Assembly (NCBI GenBank): GCA_963666515.2
Contig: OY762897.2
Coordinates: 4,160,001 to 4,224,000 of the forward strand
Length of the DNA stretch: 64,000 nucleotides
DNA from: Candidatus Binatia bacterium
GTDB lineage: Bacteria; Desulfobacterota; Binatia; UBA9968; JAJDTQ01
Direction of reading: 5' to 3'
Of the stretch, positions 19,910 to 30,470 are shown piece by piece. How positions within the stretch are numbered: position 1 is the first letter of the stretch; each line of letters begins with the position of its first letter. A program made the position numbers and the translations under genes. The notes under the pieces were generated by a model. That model had not been told where the DNA came from, did not search any database, and saw only the letters and a list, made by a program, of their open reading frames with translations.

Positions 19910-21711
19910 CGCAAGCCCCCAACTTGAACCAACTGTGGGCGACGCTGCTGGTCGAGGAGTTGGTCCGTAACGGCGTCGATACGTTCTGCATCGCTCCAGG
20001 ATCCCGCAGCACGCCGCTGGTGGTGGCGGTGGCGCGAAACGACCAGGCTCGCAGCATCGTCCACTACGACGAGCGCGGCGCGGCCTTCCATGCCCTGGGT
20101 TACGGGCGTACCACCGGGACACCCGCGGCGGTCGTCACCACCTCGGGCAGCGCTCTGGCCAACGTGTGGCCCGCGGTGGTGGAGGCGTCGCTGGAACGCA
20201 TTCCCCTGCTGGTGTTGAGCGGCGACCGGCCGCCGGAGTTGCAGGACGCCGGCGCCAACCAGACCATGGACCAGGTCAAGTTGTTCGGCGGCTATGCGGA
20301 GTGGTCGGCCACTCTCCCGTGTCCTTCGACCGACATCGATCCGGCGGTGGTGCTGACCACCGTGGATCAGGCGGTAAGCCGCTCCGGCGGGCCGTCCGGC
20401 GGCGCCGTCCACATCAACTGCATGTTCCGGGAGCCGCTGGCTCCCACGGAGCAGGGCGAGGACTTCGAAGCGTACCTGGAACCGGTGCGGTCGTGGCGCG
20501 ATGCCGGCCACGCCTACAGCCGTTACGACGGCGCGCCGTCCCGCCCTGAGCCGGAGATGCTGGCGGAGGTGGCGGAGTTGGCCGCGCGCCGTCCGCGCGG
20601 CCTTCTGGTAGCGGGCCGGCTGGTTGACGCGGAGGCGCGCGCCGCGGTAGCCGAACTTGCCGACGCGCTGGGCTGGCCGTTCCTCCCCGACGTGACCTCC
20701 GGTCTCCGCCTGGACAGCCGCCCCGGCACCGCCGTGCCCTACCACGACGTGCTGTTCGGCTCCGAGAAATTCATGCGGCAACATCCCATCGAGGCCGTGA
20801 TCCACGTGGGCGGGCGGTGGACCTCGAGAAGGCTCCCGGACCACCTGGAAGCCGCGCGGCCAAAGGACTACGTGGTGGTGGACGACCACCCGGACCGCCA
20901 GGACCCCATTCATCGGGCGACCATGCGGTTCCATATCCCGGTGGCGGAGTTCTGCCGAGCCTTGAAGGCCGTGGTTGGGAATTCCCGAGAGGCCGGCGAT
21001 GTGACGGAAAGTCCCGCAGCCAAAGAAGCGGGAGGGGCGCCGGACGCGGACTGGCTCGCGAGTTGGCAGCAGGCGTCGCAGCATGTCGGCCTGCGTCTGG
21101 CCGCCAGTCTTGCCGAGGGACAGACCCTGAGCGAGCCCGCTGTGGCGTGGCTGGTCTCCCGCCATATCGGAGCGGGGGAGGGGTTGTACTTGGCGTCGAG
21201 CATGCCCGTCCGGGACGTGGACACCTTTGGCTGCGCGGTGCCGGAACCCCCGGTCGTGGCCGCCAACCGGGGCGCCAGCGGTGTCGACGGCACCATCGCC
21301 ACCGCCACCGGATTCGCCCGAGCCTTGGGGAAGTGCGCCACCCTCATGATCGGCGACCAGGCGTTTCTGCACGACCTCAACTCCCTGAGGCTTGTGCGGA
21401 CACTCGACACCCCGTTCGTCATCGTCGTATTGAACAACGACGGCGGCGGGATCTTCTCGTTCCTCCCCATCTCCGGGTTTTCCGACGTCTTCGAACGCTA
21501 CTTCGGCGCCTCCCACGGCATGACCTTCGAGCACGCTGCAGCGTTGTTCGACCTTGAATACGTCAGACCGTCCACGCAGGACGAGTTCGTCTCCGCCTAC
21601 GAGCAGGCCCGACGCCGGTCCGGCGCCACCGTGATCGAAGTGCAAACTGCGCGTCGGGAGAACTACGACCTTCACGCGAGCCTGCGACGGACCGCCTTGG
21701 AAGGGCTGTAG
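19906..21711 (+). CDS. menD: SEPHCHC synthase
   Basis: PGSRSTPL, DER.AAF.ALG, DRPPEL, NRGASGVDG, GD..FLHDLNSL, NNDGGGIF. Confidence 0.96.
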   Translation: MTQAPNLNQLWATLLVEELVRNGVDTFCIAPGSRSTPLVVAVARNDQARSIVHYDERGAAFHALGYGRTTGTPAAVVTTSGSALANVWPAVVEASLERIPLLVLSGDRPPELQDAGANQTMDQVKLFGGYAEWSATLPCPSTDIDPAVVLTTVDQAVSRSGGPSGGAVHINCMFREPLAPTEQGEDFEAYLEPVRSWRDAGHAYSRYDGAPSRPEPEMLAEVAELAARRPRGLLVAGRLVDAEARAAVAELADALGWPFLPDVTSGLRLDSRPGTAVPYHDVLFGSEKFMRQHPIEAVIHVGGRWTSRRLPDHLEAARPKDYVVVDDHPDRQDPIHRATMRFHIPVAEFCRALKAVVGNSREAGDVTESPAAKEAGGAPDADWLASWQQASQHVGLRLAASLAEGQTLSEPAVAWLVSRHIGAGEGLYLASSMPVRDVDTFGCAVPEPPVVAANRGASGVDGTIATATGFARALGKCATLMIGDQAFLHDLNSLRLVRTLDTPFVIVVLNNDGGGIFSFLPISGFSDVFERYFGASHGMTFEHAAALFDLEYVRPSTQDEFVSAYEQARRRSGATVIEVQTARRENYDLHASLRRTALEGL

Positions 21712-21814
21712 AAATGGAAATCCGGCCCGGAGCCATCCCCGACGTAGCTCGTCCGTGCGCCGATTGAGCAGGAAGCAAGTACACTTGACATCTCGGCCCA
21801 AGCGGTCATGATGG

Positions 21815-22297
21815 GTGATGTACCTCAGCATGCTCAAGACGGTGATGGCAAAGAAGGGTTATCGGCAGTCCGACGTGGCCAGGGCCGCAGGGGTGAGCCG
21901 CCAGGCTGTTTCTCTCTGGTTTGCGCAGGATGACGATTTCCAGAACCTGCACGTTGCCAATCTCATGAACTTGAGCGACGGTCTCGGTATCGACCCGGCC
22001 GAGTTGCTCAAACCGCTCGCGTGTATCTCGGACCCCGCCGCTGCACGGCAGCTCTACGCGGAATTCTGCTGGGATCGTTCATACCCCGACATCTATTCCT
22101 TCCTGGTCGCATTGGCTGGATCTGAGCCGCGTGCAGTCGCGCGGTTCATTGAATGTCGAGGCATCTACGAGGCGGCGGCGGTCCTGGGCAAGGGGACGTG
22201 GCGTGCATACCGCGGCATCCGCAAGCATCTGGCTCCAGCGAGGCGCAGAGAAATCGACACCGTATGGAAGGTTCATCACGATTTGACCCGTCTCTAG
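21815..22297 (+). CDS. XRE-family HTH protein, probable antitoxin of a type IV TA pair
   Basis: QSDVARAAGVSRQAVS HTH; overlaps the downstream nucleotidyltransferase fragment; TTGACA at 21785. Confidence 0.75.
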   Translation: MMYLSMLKTVMAKKGYRQSDVARAAGVSRQAVSLWFAQDDDFQNLHVANLMNLSDGLGIDPAELLKPLACISDPAAARQLYAEFCWDRSYPDIYSFLVALAGSEPRAVARFIECRGIYEAAAVLGKGTWRAYRGIRKHLAPARRREIDTVWKVHHDLTRL

Positions 22298-22500
22298 CGG
22301 ATCGGGTCCTGCCGCCTCCGCTGCTGGAATCGCTCAGGCACGTCTTTGCGCAGGGAATCAGCGATTGTCTCCTCGTCGGCGGCACCGCCTTGGCCGGTTT
22401 CTATGCGGGGCATCGACGGTCGGATGACCTCGACTTGTTCGCGGGCAATGCCATTTCGTTCAGACAAACCGTTCTGGCCGTTCGTTCCCTGAGGTCCTGA
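22264..22500 (+). pseudogene. Truncated AbiEii/AbiGii-type nucleotidyltransferase toxin
   Basis: LVGGTALA.FY.GHRRSDDLDLF motif, then a stop after only 78 aa. Confidence 0.8.
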
Positions 22501-22627
22501 GAGCGGTCGATCTCCACCTTTCGTCCGGGTCGAACAGTGCGCTTCGCGAGGTTGTCCGCAGAATTAGAAAGCTGTAGGTCTCGCTCGGCTGCCGCACCGG
22601 AGCATCCGCCGACGTTCAGGAGTTCAA

Positions 22628-23434
22628 TTGGCCGATCCGTATCGACTTCATTACGAGTATCGGGGGAGCGGGCGGGATACGGACCCGGCGCTGCTGTTCC
22701 TCCACGGTTTCATGGGCTCGGGACGGGACTGGGTGGAGACGGTGGAGGCGTTGCCGGATTGTCGCTGCGTCCTGGTGGACCTTCCAGGTCACGGCCTGAG
22801 CGCGGGGTGCCCGCCCGATCTTTATCCGATGGTGCAGGCGATCCTGGCGTTGCTGTCGGTGCTGGACGACCTGGGCGTCGGGCAGTGTATCCCGGTAGGC
22901 TATTCCATGGGCGGGCGGCTGGCTCTGTACCTCGCGTTGACCCACCCGGACCGATGCCGCGCCCTGGTTGTGGAATCGGCCTCTCCTGGGCTGGCGTCGG
23001 CGCAGGAACGCGAGAGCCGCCGGCAATGGGACGAATCCAAGGCTTCCGAGCTCGAAAGGCAAGGGCTGGATGCCTTCCTGGAAGACTGGTACCGGCAGCC
23101 GCTGTTCCATTCCATCGGCCGGAACGCGGCGCGCTTCGCAATGTTGATGGAGCGGCGGCGAAACAACGATGCGGTGGGACTCACCCGCTCTCTCCACCTC
23201 ATGGGCACGGGCTCCCAACCCTCCTTGTGGACCCACCTTCCCGGCATCCGGTTCCCGTGGCTGGCCGTGGCCGGTGAACTCGACTCGCGCTACAGAAAAA
23301 CCATGCAGGATATGGTAAGCCTCTCGGAAAACGGCAGGCTCGTGACCATCCCGGACGCGGGCCACAACACGCATTTCGAGAACCCCGAGGCATTCTCTCG
23401 CGCCCTGCGGGAGTTTCTGGCCTGCTGCAGGTGA
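22628..23434 (+). CDS. menH: SHCHC synthase (alpha/beta hydrolase)
   Basis: FLHGFMGS, DLPGHG, GYSMGGR, W..QPLF, AGHN.H; men operon context. Confidence 0.92.
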   Translation: MADPYRLHYEYRGSGRDTDPALLFLHGFMGSGRDWVETVEALPDCRCVLVDLPGHGLSAGCPPDLYPMVQAILALLSVLDDLGVGQCIPVGYSMGGRLALYLALTHPDRCRALVVESASPGLASAQERESRRQWDESKASELERQGLDAFLEDWYRQPLFHSIGRNAARFAMLMERRRNNDAVGLTRSLHLMGTGSQPSLWTHLPGIRFPWLAVAGELDSRYRKTMQDMVSLSENGRLVTIPDAGHNTHFENPEAFSRALREFLACCR

Positions 23435-23441
23435 GCCGCTA

Positions 23442-23542
23442 CGTCATTCCCGCGAAAGCGGAATCCAGGGGACGGAGGGACGCCGCATTCGGCGGCGCTC
23501 CGGCTGCATCGCTTCTGGATTCCCGCTTTCGCGGGAATGACG
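23442..23542. repeat. REP doublet (inverted pair) between menH and menB
   Basis: CGTCATTCCCGCGAAAGCGGAATCCAG ... CTGGATTCCCGCTTTCGCGGGAATGACG. Confidence 0.85.
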
Positions 23543-23590
23543 GAGGAGTCGGGAGCGTCTTCGGAATCGAACGAAAGCTAGAGGGCAGCC

Positions 23591-24406
23591 ATGATCGAAT
23601 GGAACGAGGCGGGACAGTTCACCGACATCAAGTACCACAAGACCGACGGCATCGCGAAGATCACCATCAACCGCCCGGAGGTGCGCAACGCCTTCCGGCC
23701 GCTGACGGTGGAGGAGATGATCCAGGCCCTGGACGAGGCGAACAACGACCCGACCATCGGCGTGGTGATCCTCACCGGCGAGGGCAAGGAGGCGTTCTGC
23801 TCGGGCGGCGACCAGAAGGTGCGCGGCGATTCCGGCTACAAGGACGCGGCCGGCGTGCACCGGCTGAACGTGCTGGATTTCCAGCGCCAGATGCGCAGTT
23901 GCCCCATGCCCGTCATCGCCATGGTGGCGGGTTACGCCGTGGGCGGCGGCCACGTGCTGCACGTCATGTGCGACCTCACCATCGCCGCGGACAACGCCAT
24001 CTTCGGACAGACTGGCCCCCGCGTGGGCTCCTTCGACGGCGGCTACGGCGCCACCTACCTCGCGCGCATCGTCGGCCAGAAGAAGGCGCGCGAGATCTGG
24101 TACCTGTGCCGGCAGTACAACGCCCAGGAAGCGCTGGACATGGGGCTGGTGAACGCGGTGGTGCCCTACGAGCGGCTGGAGGAGGAGACGGTCCAGTGGT
24201 GCCGCGAGATCCTCGCCAAGTCGCCCATCGCCATCCGCTGCCTCAAGGCCGCGTTCAACGCCGACTGCGACGGTCAGGCCGGCCTGCAGGAGCTGGCGGG
24301 CAACGCCACCATGCTCTTCTACATGACCGAAGAGGGGCAGGAGGGCCGCAACGCCTTCGTCGAGAAACGCCAGCCCGACTTCTCCAAGTTCCCCAGGCGT
24401 CCCTGA
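23591..24406 (+). CDS. menB: 1,4-dihydroxy-2-naphthoyl-CoA synthase
   Basis: [39 protein letters not shown]. Confidence 0.98.
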   Translation: MIEWNEAGQFTDIKYHKTDGIAKITINRPEVRNAFRPLTVEEMIQALDEANNDPTIGVVILTGEGKEAFCSGGDQKVRGDSGYKDAAGVHRLNVLDFQRQMRSCPMPVIAMVAGYAVGGGHVLHVMCDLTIAADNAIFGQTGPRVGSFDGGYGATYLARIVGQKKAREIWYLCRQYNAQEALDMGLVNAVVPYERLEEETVQWCREILAKSPIAIRCLKAAFNADCDGQAGLQELAGNATMLFYMTEEGQEGRNAFVEKRQPDFSKFPRRP

Positions 24407-24443
24407 GGCCCGCGAACTGACGGGACAGGACTGTACCGAACCC

Positions 24444-25346
24444 GTGGCACAGGACACGCGCCCCGAGCCGCCAGGCGTCGTCTCCGTCTGGCTCCTGGCG
24501 GCCAGACCCAAGACCCTCTGGGCGTCCATCTCCCCGGTGGTGATCGGCACCGCCATGGCCTTCGGCGACGGCGGGTTTCACGCGCCCGCGGCGCTGGTGG
24601 CGCTGGCGTGCTCGGTGCTGATCCAGGTCGCCACCAACTTCGCCAACGACCTCTTCGACTTCGAGAAGGGCGCCGACACCGAGGCCCGGCAGGGGCCGTT
24701 GCGCGTCACCCAGGCCGGGCTCGTGACCCCCGGCATGATGAAACGCGGCATCCTCGTGGTGCTGGCGCTGACGCTGTTCGGTGGCCTTTACCTCATCTGG
24801 CGCGGCGGCTGGCCCGCGGCCCTCATCGGCGTATTCTCCGTGATGGCCGGGATGCTCTACACCGGCGGACCCCGCCCCTTGGGTTACCTTGGCCTGGGCG
24901 ACCTCTTCGTGCTGGTGTTCTTCGGCCCCGTGGCAGTGGCCGGCACCTACTACGTGCAGGCCCTGACCGTCAACGCCACGGTCATCGTCGCCGGCCTGGC
25001 CCCGGGGCTCCTCTCGGTCGCGATCCTCGCGGTCAACAACCTCCGCGACGCGGACGAAGACCGCCGGACCGGCAAGCGCACCCTGGCGGTGCGCTTCGGC
25101 CCGGGCTTCGCCCGCGGCGAGTACATCGCCGCCGTGGTCGCGGCCTGCCTGTTACCGCTGGTGCTTTACCTCACCTCGGGCCAGCACCCGTACTCGGTCG
25201 CCGCCATCGCAGTCGTCGTCGTGGCCGTACCGGCCTTCCGCCGTCTCTTCGTTGCCGAAGGTCCGATGCTGAACCCCGTCCTCGCCTACACTGCCCGCCT
25301 GCTCTTGCTTTACAGCGCCGTGTTCTCTATCGGTTGGGTTTTGTGA
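24444..25346 (+). CDS. menA: DHNA prenyltransferase
   Basis: ARPKTL, N.AND.FD..KGAD, NNLRD..ED...GKRTLAVR, multiple TM helices. Confidence 0.95.
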   Translation: MAQDTRPEPPGVVSVWLLAARPKTLWASISPVVIGTAMAFGDGGFHAPAALVALACSVLIQVATNFANDLFDFEKGADTEARQGPLRVTQAGLVTPGMMKRGILVVLALTLFGGLYLIWRGGWPAALIGVFSVMAGMLYTGGPRPLGYLGLGDLFVLVFFGPVAVAGTYYVQALTVNATVIVAGLAPGLLSVAILAVNNLRDADEDRRTGKRTLAVRFGPGFARGEYIAAVVAACLLPLVLYLTSGQHPYSVAAIAVVVVAVPAFRRLFVAEGPMLNPVLAYTARLLLLYSAVFSIGWVL

Positions 25347-25531
25347 GGGACCACACGGCCATGGTTTCGGTCCTGACGAGGGTCGCGGCATCGAAGACCG
25401 CACCACCAGCGAGCGGGTGACGGCGTGCTGGTGACCCGCCTCAAATTTGCTTGATTCGGCCTTGACCTTCGCAGTAAACTTCTTTGCAGGGCGTCCCCGT
25501 CAAGGGGACGGTGAATCGAATCAAGGGGAAT

Positions 25532-26221
25532 ATGAGCCAGGAACAGGACATACATGGGAGCGGCAATCCTAGGGATGTCGCAGCATATACCGTGGCCGAG
25601 GCAGCCCGGTATATCAGGATTCCCTCACCGACGCTCCGAGCATGGGTCATTGGCTTGGCATATGGTCAACACACTGAACGCGCTCCCTTCCGCCCGCTTA
25701 TTGCTCCGCCACAGCGCAACCCTTTGCGCCTCTCTTTCAATAACGTCATCGAGGCGTACACGTTACGGGCTTTGAGAACAAAGCATCAGGTCTCAATCGC
25801 AGCAGCCAGGGAGGCAATGGATGTAGCGGAGCATGTCTGCAACACTCGCAGGTTATTGCTCTGTCCGGAATTACGTACCAGTGCAGGTGAATTGTTTCTT
25901 GAGAAATACGGCGAGCTCGTCAGTCTGAACAAGGCGGGGCAGATCGCCATGAAACTCATGCTCCATGCCAATCTCAGTCGGATTGAACTTGACGAATCAG
26001 AAATACCAATCCGGCTCTTTCCCGCTGACACCGGAACAAACGTCATCGTAATGGATCCCCGGGTTGCTTTCGGTCGGCCCATCATTGCTCGTCGTGGCAT
26101 TTCAACGGCGGTTATCGTTGACCGCATCAACGCCGGCGAGGGTGCGGACGAAATAGCGGAGGATTATGGCCTGGAAACCTCAGAAGTAAACGAGGCGTTA
26201 GTTTACGACCAAGCAGCCTAG
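25532..26221 (+). CDS. DUF433-domain antitoxin (VapB45-like)
   Basis: YTVAEAARY HTH, LSF.N.IEA, DPR..FGRP.I C-terminal DUF433; lower GC than flanks. Confidence 0.85.
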   Translation: MSQEQDIHGSGNPRDVAAYTVAEAARYIRIPSPTLRAWVIGLAYGQHTERAPFRPLIAPPQRNPLRLSFNNVIEAYTLRALRTKHQVSIAAAREAMDVAEHVCNTRRLLLCPELRTSAGELFLEKYGELVSLNKAGQIAMKLMLHANLSRIELDESEIPIRLFPADTGTNVIVMDPRVAFGRPIIARRGISTAVIVDRINAGEGADEIAEDYGLETSEVNEALVYDQAA

Positions 26222-26224
26222 GGC

Positions 26225-26653
26225 GTGATCTTCTTTACGGACCGCGACTTGGGAAAAACCTTTCCCCGTACGCTATCCGAAAATGGCCTCCACACGGAGA
26301 GACATGACGACTATTTCACAGAACAAACGGATGATGGTATCTGGCTGAGTGAAGCGGGCCGTCGGGGATGGTTCGCAATCTCAAGAGACAAGCGCATCCG
26401 TTATAGGCCGAATCAGAGAGATGCCGCGATGCGAGCTGGTGTCGGCCTCTTCCTGATTATCGGAAGCCTCCCTCACAGTACCCTCGCGCACAACTTCGTC
26501 GCCAGCATCGGCAATATTGAGCGCTTTGTGGAAAAGAATAGCCGTCCCTTCATTGCAAAAGTCTATCAGCCGCCTTCTGGTGCCAAGAGAAGGGCGGGGC
26601 GTGTTGAACTCTGGCTTTCATATGAGGAATGGTCGAAGACGCTCTCCTGCTAA
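26225..26653 (+). CDS. PIN-like toxin (VapC45-like)
   Basis: FFTDRDLG, D..WL...G..GW..ISRD.RIRY; follows the DUF433 gene. Confidence 0.82.
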   Translation: MIFFTDRDLGKTFPRTLSENGLHTERHDDYFTEQTDDGIWLSEAGRRGWFAISRDKRIRYRPNQRDAAMRAGVGLFLIIGSLPHSTLAHNFVASIGNIERFVEKNSRPFIAKVYQPPSGAKRRAGRVELWLSYEEWSKTLSC

Positions 26654-26759
26654 GAGAATGGTTGCCAGTTCGGGCAGCCTTCTGAGTGTCCATCCAACGT
26701 GGTCCCGCCCCTTCCGGCGGGAGTTCAAAATCCGGGCAGGGTAGTGATATCAAAGGGGA

Positions 26760-27890
26760 GTGCAAGGTAACCCCGTGCGTGAAAACACCGGCGGCCGGGG
26801 GACCATCGCGAGCTGCCGTATCTTTCGCTATCGCCTGCCGCTGACGGCGCCGTTGCCGCTGGCGGGGGGCGTGGTGCGTGAGCGCACGGGGGTGCTGGTG
26901 CGGGTCGATTCGGAGTCGGGCGCGTCGGGTTGGGGCGACGTGGCGCCGTTGCCGGGCTTCAGCCGGGAGAGCATCGGGGAAGCCGAGGCGGAGTTGACGG
27001 CGTGGGCGGGGTGGGTCCGAGGCGCTGAGTTTGATCCATGCGGCAACGACCTCGAATCGTGGCTGGGGAGCGAACCGGCGCCCGTGACCTCGCCCTCTGT
27101 GCGTTTCGGGTTGGAGACGGCGCTGGCTGGCCTGTCGCGACGGATCGAGGACGAATCGGCGGCCGAGCTGGCGTGCTTCGAAGGCGTCGTTTCCGTCAAC
27201 GGTTTGTTGGCGGGTTCCCGCGAGCAGGTGCTCGTAGATGCCCGGCGGCTACGGGACGAGGGTTGCCAGGCGGTCAAGCTCAAGGTGGGCAGCCGGCCGG
27301 TGGTTGAAGATGTGGAGCTTACCCGGGTGGTCCGTGACGCCGTTGGCGACGGCGTGGCCCTCAGGCTCGACGCCAATCGAAGCTGGACCCTGGAGCAGGC
27401 AGTGGCGTTCGGCCGGGAGATCGGCAACAGCGGCGTGGAATACCTGGAGGAACCGTTGCACGAACCGGAGCATCTGCGAGACCTCTTCGATGCCACCGGC
27501 ATTCCGGTGGCGTTGGACGAAAGCCTGCTGGAGCTTCGGCCGGAAGACCTCGAAGGACGGCGCGAAGTGGGCGCCGTGGTGTTGAAGCCGACGCTGCTGG
27601 GCGGCATTGCCAGCGCCAAGCAATGGGTGGCCAGGGCGGCGGCGTTGAACATCCGCCCGGTGGTGAGCAGTTGCTTCGAGAGCGGCGTCGGGTTGCTGGC
27701 TCTGGCAGCGTTTGCCTGGGTGTCCACCGGAGACGCGGTGCCCGCGGGTCTCGACACCTATCGTTGGCTCGGCGCCGACGTGGTCGAGCCGCGTATTCCG
27801 TTTCGCGCCGGTGCCGTCGAGTGGAGCGATGCCACGGCCCGGGCGCATCGCATCGTCGAATCGAGGCTGAGCGAGATTCGGCATGACTGA
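26760..27890 (+). CDS. menC: o-succinylbenzoate synthase
   Basis: G..APLPGFS.E, KLKVG, LRLDANR.W, EYLEEP, ALDESL, LKPT; start approximate. Confidence 0.92.
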   Translation: MQGNPVRENTGGRGTIASCRIFRYRLPLTAPLPLAGGVVRERTGVLVRVDSESGASGWGDVAPLPGFSRESIGEAEAELTAWAGWVRGAEFDPCGNDLESWLGSEPAPVTSPSVRFGLETALAGLSRRIEDESAAELACFEGVVSVNGLLAGSREQVLVDARRLRDEGCQAVKLKVGSRPVVEDVELTRVVRDAVGDGVALRLDANRSWTLEQAVAFGREIGNSGVEYLEEPLHEPEHLRDLFDATGIPVALDESLLELRPEDLEGRREVGAVVLKPTLLGGIASAKQWVARAAALNIRPVVSSCFESGVGLLALAAFAWVSTGDAVPAGLDTYRWLGADVVEPRIPFRAGAVEWSDATARAHRIVESRLSEIRHD

Positions 27891-29436
27891 GATTCGCTGC
27901 CCCCTCGAAGAAGCGGCCGAGCGCCACGGCGACCAGCCCGCGATCGTAAGCGGTGCGCGGGCCGTCTCTTACGCGGAGTTTCATCAGCGCGTGGCGCGCG
28001 CGACAGTGGCGCTGCGGCGGGCGGGATGCAATCCCGGCGAACGCGTGGCTATACTCGCACCCAACAGCCCGGATTACCTGGTGTGGTTGCTCGCGGTGCT
28101 CCGCCTTGGTGCGGTGTGCTGCCCCATGAACACGCGCCTGCCGAACCGGACGGTGGCGGAACTCCTGCGGCGCGTCGATTGCCGCAAGCTGGTGCTCCCG
28201 GCACCGGAGTCGGATGTGGCCGGCGACATTGCGGACGGCGGGAAGGCCGCCGGCGGAAGCGGTCTGGGGGTCCCGGAGCCTGGCCTCCAGATCATCTACG
28301 GCCAGGACTTCCAGGCGGCAGAGTGCGGTGGCGTGAAGGCGGCCGTGGAGCCTCCGGGTACGGATGCCCAGGACTCCACCATCCCCCTCGACCGCCCCGC
28401 CACCATCGTGTTCACCTCGGGCAGCACCGGCACTCCCAAGGCAGTGCTCCACTCCTACGGCAATCACTACTACAATGCCCTCGGCTCCAACACGAACCTG
28501 CCGCTGGCCGCCGGCGACCGCTGGCTGCTGGACCTGCCGTTGTACCACGTAGGCGGGCTCGGCATCCTGTTCCGGTCCCTGCTGGCGGGCTCCACGGTGG
28601 TGATGCCCGACCAAGGGGAGACCCTGGACACGGTATTGGGCCGGTACGAGGTCACGCACCTGTCGGTGGTGGTGACGCAACTGCACCGGCTGTTGCAGCA
28701 GCCCGAGTCCGTGCGCTACCCTGCGCTCCGCTACATCATCCTGGGCGGCAGCCCGGTGCCGCTGAAGCTGCTGGAGCGGGCCGCCGCCCGCGGCCTGCCG
28801 GTGTTCGCCTCCTACGGCTGCACCGAGATGGCCTCGCAGGTGGCCACCACCGGGCCGGGCTCCACCACGGCCCAGGGGTTGACTTCGGGTAGGCTTTTGC
28901 CGCACCGAAAGCTGCGGATCGGCGACGAGGGGGAGATCCAGTTGGCCGGAGAGACCCTGTTCATGGGTTATGTCGAGGACGGCAAGCTGCGCCGGCCTCT
29001 GACGGACGACGGCTGGTTCGCCACCGGCGACCTCGGGAGGGTGGACGAGGATGGCTACCTGACGGTCATCGGCCGGCGTGACAACCGGTTCTTCTCCGGC
29101 GGCGAAACCATCCACCCGGAAGAGATCGAGCGCGTATTGACCGATCACGACGGCGTCCAGCAGGCGGTGGTGGTGCCCATCCCCGACGAGGAGTTCGGCC
29201 AGCGCTGCGTGGCGTTCGTGCAGTCGCGCGGGGCTTGTCCGGACGGGCGTGTGCTGGCGGCGTGGCTCGCGCGGACCCTGCCGCGTTACAAGGTGCCGGA
29301 CGCGTTCTACCAGTGGCCCGCCACCGAAGCCAACGCGTTCAAGATCGACCGGGGGTGGTTCCGCGGTTTGGCCGTGGACGGGCCGAGGGTCCCGTTGGGA
29401 GAAAGCGACGAAGCAGGAGCGGGAGGAGATGCATGA
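27883..29436 (+). CDS. menE: o-succinylbenzoate-CoA ligase
   Basis: FTSGSTG.PK, LPLYHVGG, YG.TEMASQV, TGDLG, SGGE.IHPEEIE. Confidence 0.93.
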   Translation: MTEIRCPLEEAAERHGDQPAIVSGARAVSYAEFHQRVARATVALRRAGCNPGERVAILAPNSPDYLVWLLAVLRLGAVCCPMNTRLPNRTVAELLRRVDCRKLVLPAPESDVAGDIADGGKAAGGSGLGVPEPGLQIIYGQDFQAAECGGVKAAVEPPGTDAQDSTIPLDRPATIVFTSGSTGTPKAVLHSYGNHYYNALGSNTNLPLAAGDRWLLDLPLYHVGGLGILFRSLLAGSTVVMPDQGETLDTVLGRYEVTHLSVVVTQLHRLLQQPESVRYPALRYIILGGSPVPLKLLERAAARGLPVFASYGCTEMASQVATTGPGSTTAQGLTSGRLLPHRKLRIGDEGEIQLAGETLFMGYVEDGKLRRPLTDDGWFATGDLGRVDEDGYLTVIGRRDNRFFSGGETIHPEEIERVLTDHDGVQQAVVVPIPDEEFGQRCVAFVQSRGACPDGRVLAAWLARTLPRYKVPDAFYQWPATEANAFKIDRGWFRGLAVDGPRVPLGESDEAGAGGDA

Positions 29437-30446
29437 AGGCAGCGAAGCGAGGGAGCACGGCGAAGCAGGGGAGCGCCCGCGGCGCGGGCGGCAACGGCAA
29501 CCGCGAGCTGTTGTCGCTCCTCCGGCGTATGTGGGTGATCCGCGCCTTCGAGGAGAAGGTGTCGGCCCTCTACGCGGCCCGGGAGATCGTTGGGCTGCTG
29601 CACCTCGGCATCGGCCAGGAAGCCGTGGCCGTGGGGGTGTGCAGCCTGCTCGACGCCGATGACCAGGTCTACGGCGGCCACCGTTCCCACGGGCACGCCA
29701 TTGCCAAGGGGGCCGACCTGAACCGGCTCATGGCGGAGCTGGCCGGGCGCGTCACCGGCTATTGCCGCGGCAAGGGCGGGTCCATGCACGTGGTGGCCGC
29801 GGAGACCGGCTTCGTCACCGCCAGCGGCGTGGTGGGCGGCACGGTGCCGCTGGCGCTGGGCGCGGCCTTCGCCGCCCGCGAGAAGGGCGCGGGGCGGGTG
29901 GCGGTGGTGTTCTTCGGCGACGGCGCCGGCCAGACCGGCCCCTTTCACGAGTCCCTGAACATCGCCAGCCTGTGGCGGCTCCCGGTTATCTTCGTGTGCG
30001 AGAACAACGGCTACGCCGAGTTCACGCCGCTCTCGGCCCACACCAAGGTCGAGCGGCTGGCGCAGCACGCCGGCACCTACGGCATCCCCAGTGCCACCGT
30101 GGACGGCAACGACATCCTTGCGGTGCGCAAGGCCATGGGCCGGGCCGTGGACAACGCCCGCGCGGGCAAGGGTCCCACCTTCGTCGAGTGTCTGACCTAC
30201 CGCCTGCGGGGACACTACGAGGGCGACCCCGGCAAGTATCGGGAGCTGTCCCAGTTGGCGGACTGGAAGAAGAAGGACCCCATCGCCCGATTTGTGCGGG
30301 TGCTGAAGCGGCGGCAGGCCGCGTCCGCCGAGGACTTTGCCAAGGCGGAGAGCGACGCACGCGCGTTGGTGGAGGCGGCCGCGGAGTTCGCTCTGTCGTC
30401 TCCCTGGCCGGAGCCGGAGGAGACCGCCACCCAGGTGTGTGCGTGA
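29433..30446 (+). CDS. TPP-dependent dehydrogenase E1 alpha subunit (AcoA/PdhA-like)
   Basis: H..IGQEA, HR.HGH, GKGGSMH, FGDGA...ENN, TYR..GH. Confidence 0.92.
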   Translation: MKAAKRGSTAKQGSARGAGGNGNRELLSLLRRMWVIRAFEEKVSALYAAREIVGLLHLGIGQEAVAVGVCSLLDADDQVYGGHRSHGHAIAKGADLNRLMAELAGRVTGYCRGKGGSMHVVAAETGFVTASGVVGGTVPLALGAAFAAREKGAGRVAVVFFGDGAGQTGPFHESLNIASLWRLPVIFVCENNGYAEFTPLSAHTKVERLAQHAGTYGIPSATVDGNDILAVRKAMGRAVDNARAGKGPTFVECLTYRLRGHYEGDPGKYRELSQLADWKKKDPIARFVRVLKRRQAASAEDFAKAESDARALVEAAAEFALSSPWPEPEETATQVCA

Positions 30447-30470
30447 GGTGGATGTTTTTGTAAGCGTGAG

